Positions 8,851-18,636 of a stretch of 64,000 nucleotides of DNA are shown here, piece by piece. This DNA comes from an uncultured bacterium (GTDB lineage Bacteria > Cyanobacteriota > Vampirovibrionia > Gastranaerophilales > Gastranaerophilaceae), in NCBI GenBank assembly GCA_900550295.1, contig URRM01000001.1:3817-67816 (forward strand). The letters are read 5' to 3'. The stretch's first letter is position 1. Every line of letters begins with the position of its first letter. The translations under genes were made by a program, and so were the position numbers. Under the pieces are notes generated by a model. It was not told the DNA's origin. It made no database searches and saw nothing but the letters and a program-made list of their open reading frames with translations.

Positions 8851-9330
8851 TTAGAACGGGCAGATTGTCAAGCGTTCTAAAAATCTTACGGCACGAGTTG
8901 GAAGATTTTCATCAGGATTGATTGAACCTACCAAAATTGTCTTTGTACCTGCTAATTTGCCTACTAAAATATCTGTTAACGGTCTATCACCAATAACTAC
9001 AACGTGTTTTGGTTCCATAAACAAACCTTTGATTATTTGCTTAACTGTTTTTGTGCAAGGTTTGTTTGCATGAAAATATGTTTTACAAGGTGCTTGGTGT
9101 TCAACTTTTTCAATATATTCTTGATTTTTATTGTTTGAAACAATACACATATAAAAATCTTTTTTAAATTGATTAAACCAATCTATTGTCTTTCCTGAAA
9201 ATTCACCTGTTTTTGATTGCATTGTTGTGCTGTCTAAATCGATTAACATAGCCTTAATGCCCATATCTTTAAGCATTTCCGGCGTAATATCGTAAATATT
9301 TTTTAAGTTTTTATCAGGACGTAAAATCAT
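8851..9330 (-). CDS. HAD-superfamily phosphatase, YqeG-like (subfamily IIIA)
   Basis: Motif I DLDSTTM, downstream motif VVVIGDRPLTD, 159 aa. Confidence 0.6.
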   Translation of the reverse strand: MILRPDKNLKNIYDITPEMLKDMGIKAMLIDLDSTTMQSKTGEFSGKTIDWFNQFKKDFYMCIVSNNKNQEYIEKVEHQAPCKTYFHANKPCTKTVKQIIKGLFMEPKHVVVIGDRPLTDILVGKLAGTKTILVGSINPDENLPTRAVRFLERLTICPF

Positions 9331-10561
9331 CGTTTTTTATCTCCTTTGTTCTTGCAAGAGCAAATTTATAATTTTTTGGCGCTCGTTCAAATTTTATCCA
9401 TAATTCATCATTTGTATTGGCAACTTCTAACTCTTCTTTTGTTTTGTCACTTACAATTTCAGTTGCCTTCGTAATATATTGCTCGTCAGGTGTAATAATT
9501 TCAATTTCCTGACCTTTTAAAAATTTATTTTTTGTTTTTACTAAGTAACTATCGTCTTTCTTATCCCAAAATTCACACAAGAAATCAGCTCCCGCCAAAC
9601 CTTTTGAAATATCATAGCTGTAACTTTCCGAATTGTTATTTCCCAAATAGAAACCTTGAGTATAACCTCTGTTTCCAACTTTTTTAAGTTCTAAGAAATA
9701 TTTGTGCAAGTCATCAATTTTTCCTGCCATAACGTCATCAATAGCATTTCTATACGCCTTTGTTACGGCTGAAACATAATAAAGACTCTTTGTTCGACCT
9801 TCAATTTTTAATGAATCTACACCAGCTTCAATTAATTGAGGCAAGTATTCAACCAAACATAAATCTTTTGGGCTTAAAATGTGCGTACCACGTTCGTTTT
9901 GTTCAATTTCATAATATTGTCCCGGGCGAGTTTCTTCCAACAATTTGTAACTCCAACGGCAAGGTTGTGCACAATTTCCGTGGTTTGCTTGTCTTTCACC
10001 TTTTGTCATATAATCACTCAATAAGCATCTTCCTGAGAATGAAACACATTGAGAACCGTGTACAAAAACTTCCAATTCCATATCAGGAACTTGTTTTTTA
10101 ATTTCAGCAATATCTTTGATTGGTAACTCTCTTGCCAAAATCGCACGAGTTGCACCCATATCTTGCCAAAATTTAACTGCCTCATAATTTAATGTATTTG
10201 TTTGTGTGCTTATATGAATCGGAATATCTGGCAAATGTCTTTTTACCAAACGTAAAACACCCATATCTGTTAAAATAATTGCATCAGGATTAGCATCTTT
10301 AATTCTATCCATAACGCTTTCAAGCAATTTAATATCATTGTTGAACGCAAAAATATTAAGTGTCAAATAAGCCTTTGCACCTAAATTTCTTGCCATATCT
10401 ATTGCATCTTTAAGGTTTTCCATTGTAATTAATTCACCCTTACGCATAGCACGTAAGCTGAAATCTACAACACCCAAATATACTGCATCTGCACCGTATG
10501 TAACTGCATATTTTAATTTTTCAATATTGCCTGCCGGCATTAATAATTCTGGTTTGTTCAT
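9314..10561 (-). CDS. Peptidase U32 family protein (collagenase-like / RNA hydroxylase family)
   Basis: N-terminus ELLMPAGNIEKLKYAVTYGADAVYLG and U32 signature EVFVHGSQCVSFSGRCLLS. 415 aa. Confidence 0.8.
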   Translation of the reverse strand: MNKPELLMPAGNIEKLKYAVTYGADAVYLGVVDFSLRAMRKGELITMENLKDAIDMARNLGAKAYLTLNIFAFNNDIKLLESVMDRIKDANPDAIILTDMGVLRLVKRHLPDIPIHISTQTNTLNYEAVKFWQDMGATRAILARELPIKDIAEIKKQVPDMELEVFVHGSQCVSFSGRCLLSDYMTKGERQANHGNCAQPCRWSYKLLEETRPGQYYEIEQNERGTHILSPKDLCLVEYLPQLIEAGVDSLKIEGRTKSLYYVSAVTKAYRNAIDDVMAGKIDDLHKYFLELKKVGNRGYTQGFYLGNNNSESYSYDISKGLAGADFLCEFWDKKDDSYLVKTKNKFLKGQEIEIITPDEQYITKATEIVSDKTKEELEVANTNDELWIKFERAPKNYKFALARTKEIKNDDFTS

Positions 10562-10647
10562 AAAAATAGTTTACCCTAAACTAATCACCCGTGCAATGTG
10601 TATTTTTCAAAATTATATTAAAATCCCTGTATTAAAGGAGATATTTA

Positions 10648-11084
10648 TGAAAAAATTTATAGTTCTAACTTTATTTATTGCAGGTTTTACACTAATTGCA
10701 AAAGCTCAAGCCAAAACATTTACAACTTTTACACCATTTACTCCTCAACAAGCATATCAATTTAACAGCAACACTTATGACAGATATCTACCACCAAACA
10801 AGCAACAACGATATCTTCCGCCTCCACCTCCACCAAATTCTTACAACAGATATAACAATAATTTTGGATATTATAATCCTTATTACAATCAAAACCAAAC
10901 AAAATGGCGAAGATTTAAAAATTTCTTCACATCAGGACAAATGACAGGCTACACACCTTCTTACAACAGTGCTTTTGACAATAATCCTTACGGATATCAA
11001 AGCGGATACTACGATAGTTTTGGTAACTATAAATATAACAATTATGACCAACAAAACGGCATGAGCATTAAGATTTTAGATTAA
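10648..11084 (+). CDS. Secreted low-complexity Tyr/Asn/Pro-rich protein
   Basis: Strong RBS AAAGGAGAT 5 nt before the ATG at 10648. Signal peptide MKKFIVLTLFIAGFTLIAKAQA. Body rich in Y, N and P (PPPPPPNSYNRYNNNFGYYNPYYNQ). An intrinsic terminator follows. Confidence 0.55.
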
Positions 11085-11090
11085 ATATAT

Positions 11091-11124
11091 AAAAAACCTT
11101 GGGGTAGAACCCCAAGGTTTTTTC
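11091..11124. terminator. Bidirectional rho-independent terminator
   Basis: A-run, then 9-bp stem CCTTGGGGT-AGAA-ACCCCAAGG, then a T6 run. Lies between the convergent 10648 gene (+) and the HEAT gene (-). Confidence 0.8.
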
Positions 11125-11147
11125 TCTTTGTCTCACAATTATTTTAA

Positions 11148-12005
11148 TTAAAATGATGCTACAGGTTTCTTTTGTAATTGAGCACCTGGAATTTGTTGCC
11201 AGTTTGCAGACATGATTTTTTTGAATGATTTCAAAGCTGTATCTTCTAATTCACCTAGTTCATCAGCTTCCATAATTAATTCTCTTAAAGGAAGTAATGC
11301 TCTTTGGTCACGAAGAACGCCTAATGCTGCTGCTGCACCAGCTCTAACTAATTCGTTTTCTGAACGGTTTTTCATAACATCAATTAATGCAGGAACTGCT
11401 TTTGTATCATTTAATTTACCCAATGAAGTAACTGCATAAATTCTTACGTTAACCCATTCGTCATATAACATGTTGATTAATTTATCAACGGCTTTTTTAT
11501 TACCAATTTCACCCAATGCACGAGTTGCATCGCAACGTACATTAACTTTTTCGTGGTCTAATGAAGCAATTAAAGCATCTGTTGCAACATCACCAATTTC
11601 AATCAAAGCTTCAGTGGCTGTAATGCAAACTTGAGGGTTTTCATCATTTAAAGCTTCTACTAATGGCTCAACAACAATTTCGCCACCCAATCTGCCTAAT
11701 GCTCTAGCAGCACGAACTCTAACATCTACGTTTCTATCTTCTCGTAATGATTCAATCAAGTGAGTTGTTGCTTTTTCGTCACCCAATTCACCCAATGCAC
11801 GAGCTGCATATAAACGAACTGAACCATTTTTATCATTTTTCAATACGTCAATCAAAGGTTCTACGGCTTTTGATTCGCCCATTTCACCAAGAACTCTTGC
11901 TGCATTATATCTAACTTTTTCTGAGTTGCTTGTTCTCAAATCTGAAATTAATTCTTCAAATGTTTTTTTAACTTGTTTTTTCTTGCTATTTACGCTAATA
12001 GTCAT
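11148..12005 (-). CDS. HEAT-repeat (PBS lyase HEAT-like) protein
   Basis: About eight tandem repeats of VRxxAAxALGxxGxxxAVxPLIxxLxD. RBS GGAGG. Confidence 0.7.
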   Translation of the reverse strand: MTISVNSKKKQVKKTFEELISDLRTSNSEKVRYNAARVLGEMGESKAVEPLIDVLKNDKNGSVRLYAARALGELGDEKATTHLIESLREDRNVDVRVRAARALGRLGGEIVVEPLVEALNDENPQVCITATEALIEIGDVATDALIASLDHEKVNVRCDATRALGEIGNKKAVDKLINMLYDEWVNVRIYAVTSLGKLNDTKAVPALIDVMKNRSENELVRAGAAAALGVLRDQRALLPLRELIMEADELGELEDTALKSFKKIMSANWQQIPGAQLQKKPVASF

Positions 12006-12317
12006 TTAAAAATTGCCTCCGACGTATATAATAATGTACCGATGTTATAATAAAGTAAATTTTCTAAAAAAAATTGCTTTTTATTTTGTGTTTATTAACA
12101 ATTGTTAAGAGAACTTCATTCATGTGTATTGCATGCTGTGCTTGCGTTTCAACTTACACATATCTTGCAAGGGTAAACCTAACACTTTATATTTTTATCT
12201 TACCATTTTTTTTAAGTTTTGTCTTGCTTTTGAAACAATTTTTCATACATTTGTAGTAATTGTTTATTTAATCTTTTACACATTTAATAAAATCGGCATT
12301 TGTCGTGTTAAAAAATA

Positions 12318-13964
12318 TTAAGCAACTGGGATTAAAATTGTAAACTCACTACCATGCCCAAATTCACTGGTAACATGTATTTTGCCATGATGCATATCTA
12401 TAATTTCTGACGAAATCGCCAAACCCAAACCACTGCCAACACCAGCCTTTTTTGTTGTAAATCCGGCACTAAAAATTTTATCTAGATTTTCTGGTTTAAT
12501 ACCTTTTCCCGAATCTTTAATTTTTACAATCAGTTCATTGTTTTCAACTTTTGTTGTGATTTCAATTTTTCCATATTTTTCAATTGCGTGACACGCATTT
12601 AATAAAATGTTCATAAATACTTGATTTAACATATTCGGATAACATTTTATAAGCGGTAATTCACCGTAATGTCTAATAATTTCCGCTTTATTTTTTGTTT
12701 CATTACGAATTATTGTAAGTGTCAAATCAAGTTCTTTGTTGATGTCTGCCTCTTGAAGTTCTGCCTCATCCAATCTTACAAATTTCTTTAAAGATATAAC
12801 AAGATCTTGAACTCTTGCAACTGCAACATTGTCAATATCATTAATTTCTTCAAACATTTCTTTCATATCTGCATCATCCAATTTTTGAATTAATTTTTTC
12901 ATAATTGCATTATTTGATTTTATTGATGCAAACGGAGTATTAATTTCGTGAGCTATGCCGGCAACTAATTGACCAAGTGAAGCCATTTTTTCAGAATTTA
13001 TAAGTCGCAATTGAGTTTCTCTCAACTCAGTCAAAGTTCTAACATTATCTTCATACAATTTTGCCTGTGCAACAGCATTACCTAATTGAGCGGAAACACT
13101 TTCTAAGACATCAATTTCTTCAACCATCTCTCTTTTTTGATAGCTTACAAAAACAATTATCCCAAGTAAATCGTTCACGTGATAAATCGGCAAGATTACA
13201 CGCATTGTCGGAACATCAAACAATTTCGCTTCGTTAAACTCTTTCAATGTCATCGAAGAAACTGTTTTTTTAGCAGACAATTCTTGAAAAATTTTATCTC
13301 CAAAAGTTATATTTTTACCGATAAATTCTTTTTTATTTTTGCCGTATGCCTGTTTTATCACAAAAAGTTCTTTTTCTTTGTCATTTGATGCATAATACGC
13401 ACGATAAGCCCCAAACATTGTTGCTAGTTCTTTTAGGGCAGAATTCAAGATTTTGTCTGAATCAATTGACTCACGAATGATATTTGAAATTTTATTGATA
13501 AGTGTCATTTTAACAGCTTGAGCTTGGTTAGACTGGGCTGTTTTTCTAAGTCTTTCAACCTCCTTCAATGCCGTACTGCATTCTGTAACAAGATTTTCTT
13601 TTTCAGCTTTAACCCTTTCTAGTTCAACCTCTGCACTTACATCAGAAAATATCATTATGGTATAAATTCCACGTTTATAAGCTGACAAATTATAAAAAGA
13701 GAATTCACCTTTTGAGTCTTGGTAGTTTACAAAAGCATCAAAATCTTCTTTTGATTCAAAAAGATAATGCATAGGCAAAAATGATTGCATATCTTCTGCA
13801 TCAAACGGATAAAAATCATAGCTCAACTTATGGGAAAAACGCTTAAAATCGTTATAATCCCAAAAATATCTTTTAAATGCTCTATTAGTGTAAACCACTT
13901 CCTTATTTTGATTTGCAACAATTACAGCATCTTTAAATTTGTTGAAAAAACTAAATTTCTCCAT
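12318..13964 (-). CDS. Cytoplasmic sensor histidine kinase (PAS/GAF-like N-terminus, HisKA, HATPase_c), orphan
   Basis: H-box LVAGIAHEINTPF. N-box NILLNACHAI. G-boxes DSGKGI and GSGLGLAIS. No TM helices and no adjacent response regulator. Confidence 0.8.
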   Translation of the reverse strand: MEKFSFFNKFKDAVIVANQNKEVVYTNRAFKRYFWDYNDFKRFSHKLSYDFYPFDAEDMQSFLPMHYLFESKEDFDAFVNYQDSKGEFSFYNLSAYKRGIYTIMIFSDVSAEVELERVKAEKENLVTECSTALKEVERLRKTAQSNQAQAVKMTLINKISNIIRESIDSDKILNSALKELATMFGAYRAYYASNDKEKELFVIKQAYGKNKKEFIGKNITFGDKIFQELSAKKTVSSMTLKEFNEAKLFDVPTMRVILPIYHVNDLLGIIVFVSYQKREMVEEIDVLESVSAQLGNAVAQAKLYEDNVRTLTELRETQLRLINSEKMASLGQLVAGIAHEINTPFASIKSNNAIMKKLIQKLDDADMKEMFEEINDIDNVAVARVQDLVISLKKFVRLDEAELQEADINKELDLTLTIIRNETKNKAEIIRHYGELPLIKCYPNMLNQVFMNILLNACHAIEKYGKIEITTKVENNELIVKIKDSGKGIKPENLDKIFSAGFTTKKAGVGSGLGLAISSEIIDMHHGKIHVTSEFGHGSEFTILIPVA

Positions 13965-14169
13965 GTATATATTATATACATGTCTAAAAAAAAAGTAAAA
14001 ATGTTAAGCCAAGAGGATGATTTTTTAGATTTATCAATAGTTTGTAAACTAATGCAAACAAAAATTTACGTTATGAAATATTTTGTTTCTGCGATAGTTT
14101 TTTGTGTTAGATTAATAATGTAGAGGGATTAACTCAACTGTTCACAAATTACACTAGGAGATATATTAA

Positions 14170-14760
14170 ATGTCAGAATACTTGACTAAAGAAGAAATTA
14201 AGCAATGGAGAAGTTCATTAGAAAAAATTACTTTAGAAGAATTTGCAGCCAGATTAGGAAAACAAATTGAAGAAGCTAAACATACAAACGACTTGGTTGA
14301 TATAGTATTAAAAGGTAAACCATACACATCTTCATCAACTGAAATGTCATCTTCAATGCGTTCAGAAAAAATCAATACAATTGCAGAAAAAGCAGTAGAA
14401 AAAGAACGTCAAATCGTTTCTTCTTCTACACCAAAGGCTCAACCAAAAGCTGTTGAAGTTAAAGCTCAAAAAGAAGTAAAAGAAGTAAAAAAACAACAAC
14501 CGATTATAAAAGAAACCGCTCCTGCATCTTTGAAAGAAGAAGTTCAAATCGTTTTCAAAAAAGCATTAACAGACAGAGAACAATTAGTATTTGATTATTT
14601 CTTAAAAAATAAAAACCAAATTGTATACGCTAAAGATTTAGCTAATTTATTAAGCTTGCCAAGAGATTATGTATACAAATACATCAAAAACTTAAGAGCT
14701 AAAATTGACGGCGAAAACTTGAAAAACGCTGAAGCTGGCGGATTCTTGTTATCAGTTTAA
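14170..14760 (+). CDS. Hypothetical protein with a C-terminal OmpR/PhoB-type winged-helix DNA-binding domain (no receiver domain)
   Basis: C-terminus LTDREQLVFDYFLKNKNQIVYAKDLANLL..SLPRDYVYKYIKNLRAKI fits the trans_reg_C pattern (LTxxEFxLL....VSREELxxxVW...RTVDVHIxRLRKKI). N-terminal half is K/E-rich low complexity. RBS AGGAG is 12 nt upstream. Confidence 0.5.
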   Translation: MSEYLTKEEIKQWRSSLEKITLEEFAARLGKQIEEAKHTNDLVDIVLKGKPYTSSSTEMSSSMRSEKINTIAEKAVEKERQIVSSSTPKAQPKAVEVKAQKEVKEVKKQQPIIKETAPASLKEEVQIVFKKALTDREQLVFDYFLKNKNQIVYAKDLANLLSLPRDYVYKYIKNLRAKIDGENLKNAEAGGFLLSV

Positions 14761-14770
14761 CTAAGATAAA

Positions 14771-15889
14771 ATGGAAATTAAAACATTAAATTTATTAGAT
14801 ATTTTAAATAAATCGCAGGTGCTTTATTCAACTGACTACTCAGGAGAATTCCAAGCTCCTGCTGATTTGTTAGAAACTATTTTAGAAAACTCCAATTCAA
14901 ACGAACCTATTATTAACGGCATAATGTTCTTGCAAAAGACTTCCAGCCGTTCATACCTTGTTGTCGACGGAATGAAAAGAATTATCCAGTTCAGTTTGTT
15001 GCTTCACGCTCTATGTGAATGTTATAAGCTTACAAACGAAAAGAATGACCACGCCATTGAACTTATCAAAAAAAGGTATTTGTTCTTCGGAAAACATACA
15101 AAAATTCATCTACACGGCTATGAAAAAATTATCTATGAAAAACTTGTAAAATATGAACGAATGACAGATGAAGAAAAAGAACACCCAATGTTTAAAAACC
15201 TTCATGAATATTGGGCAAAAATTAAGATGAACAATATTTCTGCGACAAAATTATTTGAAGAAATAAAGAAAATTAATGTTTTAGCCTGTGTTTACGAAAA
15301 TTCTGACATTGAAAACAGAGATATTTACCAATATTTAAACTGTAATAATCCTAACATTGAAGAACTTTTACTCATCACTGATTTTATAAAAGAAAATTCT
15401 AATGAAGGGCTAAAAATCTGGTACAGCATTTTAGATTTGTATAAAAATGTCGGTTTAAAAGGCTATTTCAAATATTTTATAAGAGATTTTTTAACAATTC
15501 AAAGAAACGGAATTATACCAAAAGCAAACGAACTTTATATGAGCTTCAAACGTTATTACAAGCGCCTAGAGCCTAATATGAAAGTTGAAGATTTCTTTAG
15601 ACATATAGAAAAATTTGCAAAATATTATTTAAAAATTCTTCAAGCTGATTTTGAAAACGAAGAAGTTAAATCGCTTGTTGCAACAATCAACGAAGGCGAT
15701 ATGCAGGAAACATATCCATATTTGTTGGAAGTTCTTGATGATGTTGAAAACGGCAGACTTACAGACGAAACATTTGTTCAACTTCTAAATACTGTTATAG
15801 CCTTCATTAAAGAACAAAGAAACGGTAACTTTACAAGCACAATCAGCTTTGCAAATCTTAGCCACGAGATTAATCAAAGGATTAATTAA
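14771..15889 (+). CDS. Divergent DUF262 / ParB-like nuclease-superfamily domain protein (putative)
   Basis: N-terminal 80 aa follow the DUF262 layout: IKTLNLLDIL .. YSGEF(x)ADLLETI .. INGIMFL .. SYLVVDGMKRIIQFSLLLHAL, against the DUF262 consensus ..YQRxYxW..LLDSI .. FLGSIVL .. IIDGQQRLTTLxLLL. The catalytic DGQQR is changed to DGMKR. There is a long helical C-terminal region. The 10-nt gap to the upstream gene implies an operon. Confidence 0.45.
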   Translation: MEIKTLNLLDILNKSQVLYSTDYSGEFQAPADLLETILENSNSNEPIINGIMFLQKTSSRSYLVVDGMKRIIQFSLLLHALCECYKLTNEKNDHAIELIKKRYLFFGKHTKIHLHGYEKIIYEKLVKYERMTDEEKEHPMFKNLHEYWAKIKMNNISATKLFEEIKKINVLACVYENSDIENRDIYQYLNCNNPNIEELLLITDFIKENSNEGLKIWYSILDLYKNVGLKGYFKYFIRDFLTIQRNGIIPKANELYMSFKRYYKRLEPNMKVEDFFRHIEKFAKYYLKILQADFENEEVKSLVATINEGDMQETYPYLLEVLDDVENGRLTDETFVQLLNTVIAFIKEQRNGNFTSTISFANLSHEINQRIN

Positions 15890-15901
15890 AGACTATTAAG
15901 A

Positions 15902-16310
15902 CTACTTACATCTTGGGTTTTGTTCGGTTGGTGTTGTTCCGTTTGTACATTTACCACTTTTTAATTTTAAATAATCCATATTGTCGTAATTTATAATCCA
16001 ATCTGAAGTACAATATCCTTCGCCATTCACCTTTTGTAAAATGTAACTAAAGGTTCTATCATAACATTCTGTAGTAATACCTGAATCACTAATTAAAAAT
16101 CTAAAAATATCTTTACCAAATGCGGGCCTTTATTTTGGACATCAATATCTACTTCAATAACTTCAAACATAGCTTGAATCGGACATATCTCTACCTGAAG
16201 AAGAAGTTATTTTCTTTGGATAATAGCCTTGACCTGTTTGGACACAATCTCCAAAACGAACTACTTGAAATATACAAGGATGACGTAATAACCATTTTGT
16301 CATGTTGAAT
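15902..16310 (-). pseudogene. Frameshifted, 5'-truncated pilin paralogue remnant
   Basis: Minus-strand translation gives ..IEVDIDVQNKGP, a frameshift, then FGKDIFRFLISDSGITTECYDRTFSYILQKVNGEGYCTSDWIINYDNMDYLKLKSGKCTNGTTPTEQNPRCK*. This parallels the C-terminus of the 7226-8170 pilin (IYVDIDGPNKGKTKEGSDLFTFSIFDD...NNMDYLKATLTGDTYKCPNGK..TSCK*). No class III signal peptide remains. Confidence 0.5.
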
Positions 16311-16313
16311 TTA

Positions 16314-17081
16314 TTACAAAGTTTCTTTTTTAGCTTTGCGCCATAATTTATCAAATTCTTCAAACGAATATTCAGTCAAAGGTTTTGTCGCTAATTCTTC
16401 CATTTTTCGAAATCTTTTTTCAAACTTTCTGTTTGCAGAGATCAAACATTGTTCTGCATCAAGTTTATGCCAACGTGCTAAATTTACCACAGCAAAAAGA
16501 ATATCACCCATTTCATCTTCCATATGAGCTTTGTCACCTTCATTAACAGCTTCTTTAAACTCTTCCATCTCGGAATTTACACAATCCCAAAGAGTTTCAA
16601 CATTATCCCATTCAAACCCTACTTTAACAGCACGTTTTGAAATCTTTTGAGCAGACATCAAGGCTGATTGAGATTTCGAAATTCCATCCATTTGAGAAGT
16701 TCTTTCTTTTTTCTCTTCTTGTTTCAATTTATCCCAATTTACCACTACATCATCGGCATTTTTAACCTTTGTGTTACCAAAAACATGCGGGTGTCTGTGA
16801 ATTAATTTGTCTTTTAATTCTTTTGCAACATCTTCAATATTAAAAGCACCTTCTTCGTCTGCAATTTGAGAATGTAAAAGAACCTGCAATAAAACATCCC
16901 CCAATTCTTCTCTTAAATGAGGTAAGTCATTTTCATCAATGGCATCAACCGCTTCATAAGCTTCTTCAAGCATATTTGGTCTAAGCGAAGAGTGAGTTTG
17001 TTCTCTATCCCAAGGACAACCGTTTTCTGAACGTAAGACTCTTATAACTTCAACTAATTCTTCTAAATTCTTATATTGCAT
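16314..17081 (-). CDS. mazG: Nucleoside triphosphate pyrophosphohydrolase MazG
   Basis: Two MazG-type EExxE/D motifs (EELGDVLLQVLLH and EDEMGDILFAVVNLAR). 255 aa. Confidence 0.8.
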   Translation of the reverse strand: MQYKNLEELVEVIRVLRSENGCPWDREQTHSSLRPNMLEEAYEAVDAIDENDLPHLREELGDVLLQVLLHSQIADEEGAFNIEDVAKELKDKLIHRHPHVFGNTKVKNADDVVVNWDKLKQEEKKERTSQMDGISKSQSALMSAQKISKRAVKVGFEWDNVETLWDCVNSEMEEFKEAVNEGDKAHMEDEMGDILFAVVNLARWHKLDAEQCLISANRKFEKRFRKMEELATKPLTEYSFEEFDKLWRKAKKETL

Positions 17082-17124
17082 AAAAAATCCCCCACAAATT
17101 TATGTCCATGATACAATAAAAACT

Positions 17125-18456
17125 ATGAAAAGAAAACCAATAGTTGCAATAGTAGGAAGACCAAACGTAGGCAAATCTACGTTTGTAAACAGACTTGTAG
17201 GTCACAGAAAATCAATCGTTGACGATTTACCGGGGGTAACTCGTGACAGAATTTATTTTGACGTTGAATGGCAAAATAAATGGTTTACGGCTATCGACAC
17301 CGGCGGAATTATTCCGAGTGACGAGGATGAAATCATGGTTTCAATTTATGATCAAGCAAAAATAGCTTGCGATGAAGCCGAAAAAATTATTTTTATCGTT
17401 GACGGCAAAGACGGCGTAACTCCTGTTGATGAAGAGATTGCAAACATTTTACGCCAAACTAAAAAACCTGTATTTTTAGCGGTAAATAAAGTTGATAGCC
17501 CAGCTCAAGCACTTTATACAAGCGAGTTCTACTCTCTTGCACTTGGAGATCCAATCGGTATTTCTGCGCTTCACGGCTCAGGCGGTGTTGGTGACTTATT
17601 AGAATTGGTTACAGAAGATTTTGAAGCTGATGACGAACTTGAAGAAGAAACTGATATTAAACTTGCAATTGTTGGAAGACCAAATGCAGGTAAATCTTCA
17701 ATTGTAAATGCCCTTTTAGGCAAACAACGTGTTATTGTTTCTGATGTTTCAGGCACAACAAGAGATAGTATCGACAGCAAATTCACTTATAAAGAACAAG
17801 AATTCACTATTATTGACACCGCCGGTATTCGTAAAAAAGCCAAAGTTGATTATGGTGTAGAAAAATTTGCGGTTGATAGAGCAATCAATTCAATCAAAGA
17901 TTGTGATGTTGCAATCCTTGTACTTGATGCAAAAGAAGGTATTGCAGACCAAGATAAAAAAATTGCCTCAATAATTACAGAGGCAGGAAAAGGTTTGATT
18001 ATTGCCGTTAACAAATGGGATTTAATCGAAAATAAACAAGCAAATACAACAAGCCAATTTGAAAAGAAACTTGAAAACGAAATTCCATTTTTGAGTTATG
18101 CTCCAAAAATTTACATCAGTGCGGTTACAAAACAACGATTGAATCAAATTTTTGAAAAATCAATGGAAGTTTACGAACAATGCACAAAACGTATCTCTAC
18201 AGGCTTATTGAACAAAGTTGTAAACGAAGCATACTTGTTGAATCCGCCACAAAGCGTTAAGAATAAACGTCTAAAAATTCTTTATACAACACAAGTTAAC
18301 GTTAAACCTCCGACATTCGTTATTTTTGGTAACAACGCTGACTTGATGAAGGATCACTACAAACGTTATATCGAAAACAAACTTCGTGAAGCGTTCGGAT
18401 TTTTTGGAACTCCAATTAGAATTTCAGTTAGAGAACGCTCAGATAAAAGAAAATAA
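17125..18456 (+). CDS. der: Ribosome-associated GTPase Der (EngA)
   Basis: Tandem G domains (GRPNVGKST..DTGG and GRPNAGKSS..DTAG..NKWD) plus a C-terminal KH-like domain. 443 aa. Confidence 0.9.
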   Translation: MKRKPIVAIVGRPNVGKSTFVNRLVGHRKSIVDDLPGVTRDRIYFDVEWQNKWFTAIDTGGIIPSDEDEIMVSIYDQAKIACDEAEKIIFIVDGKDGVTPVDEEIANILRQTKKPVFLAVNKVDSPAQALYTSEFYSLALGDPIGISALHGSGGVGDLLELVTEDFEADDELEEETDIKLAIVGRPNAGKSSIVNALLGKQRVIVSDVSGTTRDSIDSKFTYKEQEFTIIDTAGIRKKAKVDYGVEKFAVDRAINSIKDCDVAILVLDAKEGIADQDKKIASIITEAGKGLIIAVNKWDLIENKQANTTSQFEKKLENEIPFLSYAPKIYISAVTKQRLNQIFEKSMEVYEQCTKRISTGLLNKVVNEAYLLNPPQSVKNKRLKILYTTQVNVKPPTFVIFGNNADLMKDHYKRYIENKLREAFGFFGTPIRISVRERSDKRK

Positions 18457-18463
18457 TTTAAAA

Positions 18464-18498
18464 GTCGGATTTGATTTCATCAAATCCGACTATTTTTT
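18464..18498 (+). terminator. Rho-independent terminator of der
   Basis: GTCGGATTTGA-TTTCA-TCAAATCCGAC 11-bp stem followed by TATTTTTTCT. Confidence 0.85.
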
Positions 18499-18506
18499 CT
18501 AGCATT

Positions 18507-18625
18507 GTTATTCAGCATCTGATAAACATTCCAATGGCGCATTAAAATATAATGTCATCCCGTGCTACGACACGGGATCTTTTTTACACACAATTGCTTT
18601 TCAGGAGATTCTGAATTAAATTCAG
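18507..18625. repeat. Second copy of the composite REP/MITE-like element (52-nt module, then hairpin ATGTCATCCCGTGCTACGACACGGGATC with T-run, then GAGATTCTGAATTAAATTCAGG palindrome)
   Basis: 18507-18558 differs from 8431-8482 at only a few positions. 18552-18585 is identical to 8290-8322. Confidence 0.75.
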
Positions 18626-18636
18626 GGGTGTATATG

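Noticed and set aside
13963-13981. Perfect palindrome ATGTATATA-T-TATATACAT overlapping the histidine kinase start codon
   Set aside because: It is pure AT sequence in an AT-rich promoter region. It may be an operator but could easily arise by chance, and it has no supporting context.
16163-16363. Track ORF (66 aa) at the mazG 3' end
   Set aside because: It is one reading-frame fragment of the frameshifted pilin remnant, not an independent gene. Its first 17 codons overlap the end of the mazG coding region.
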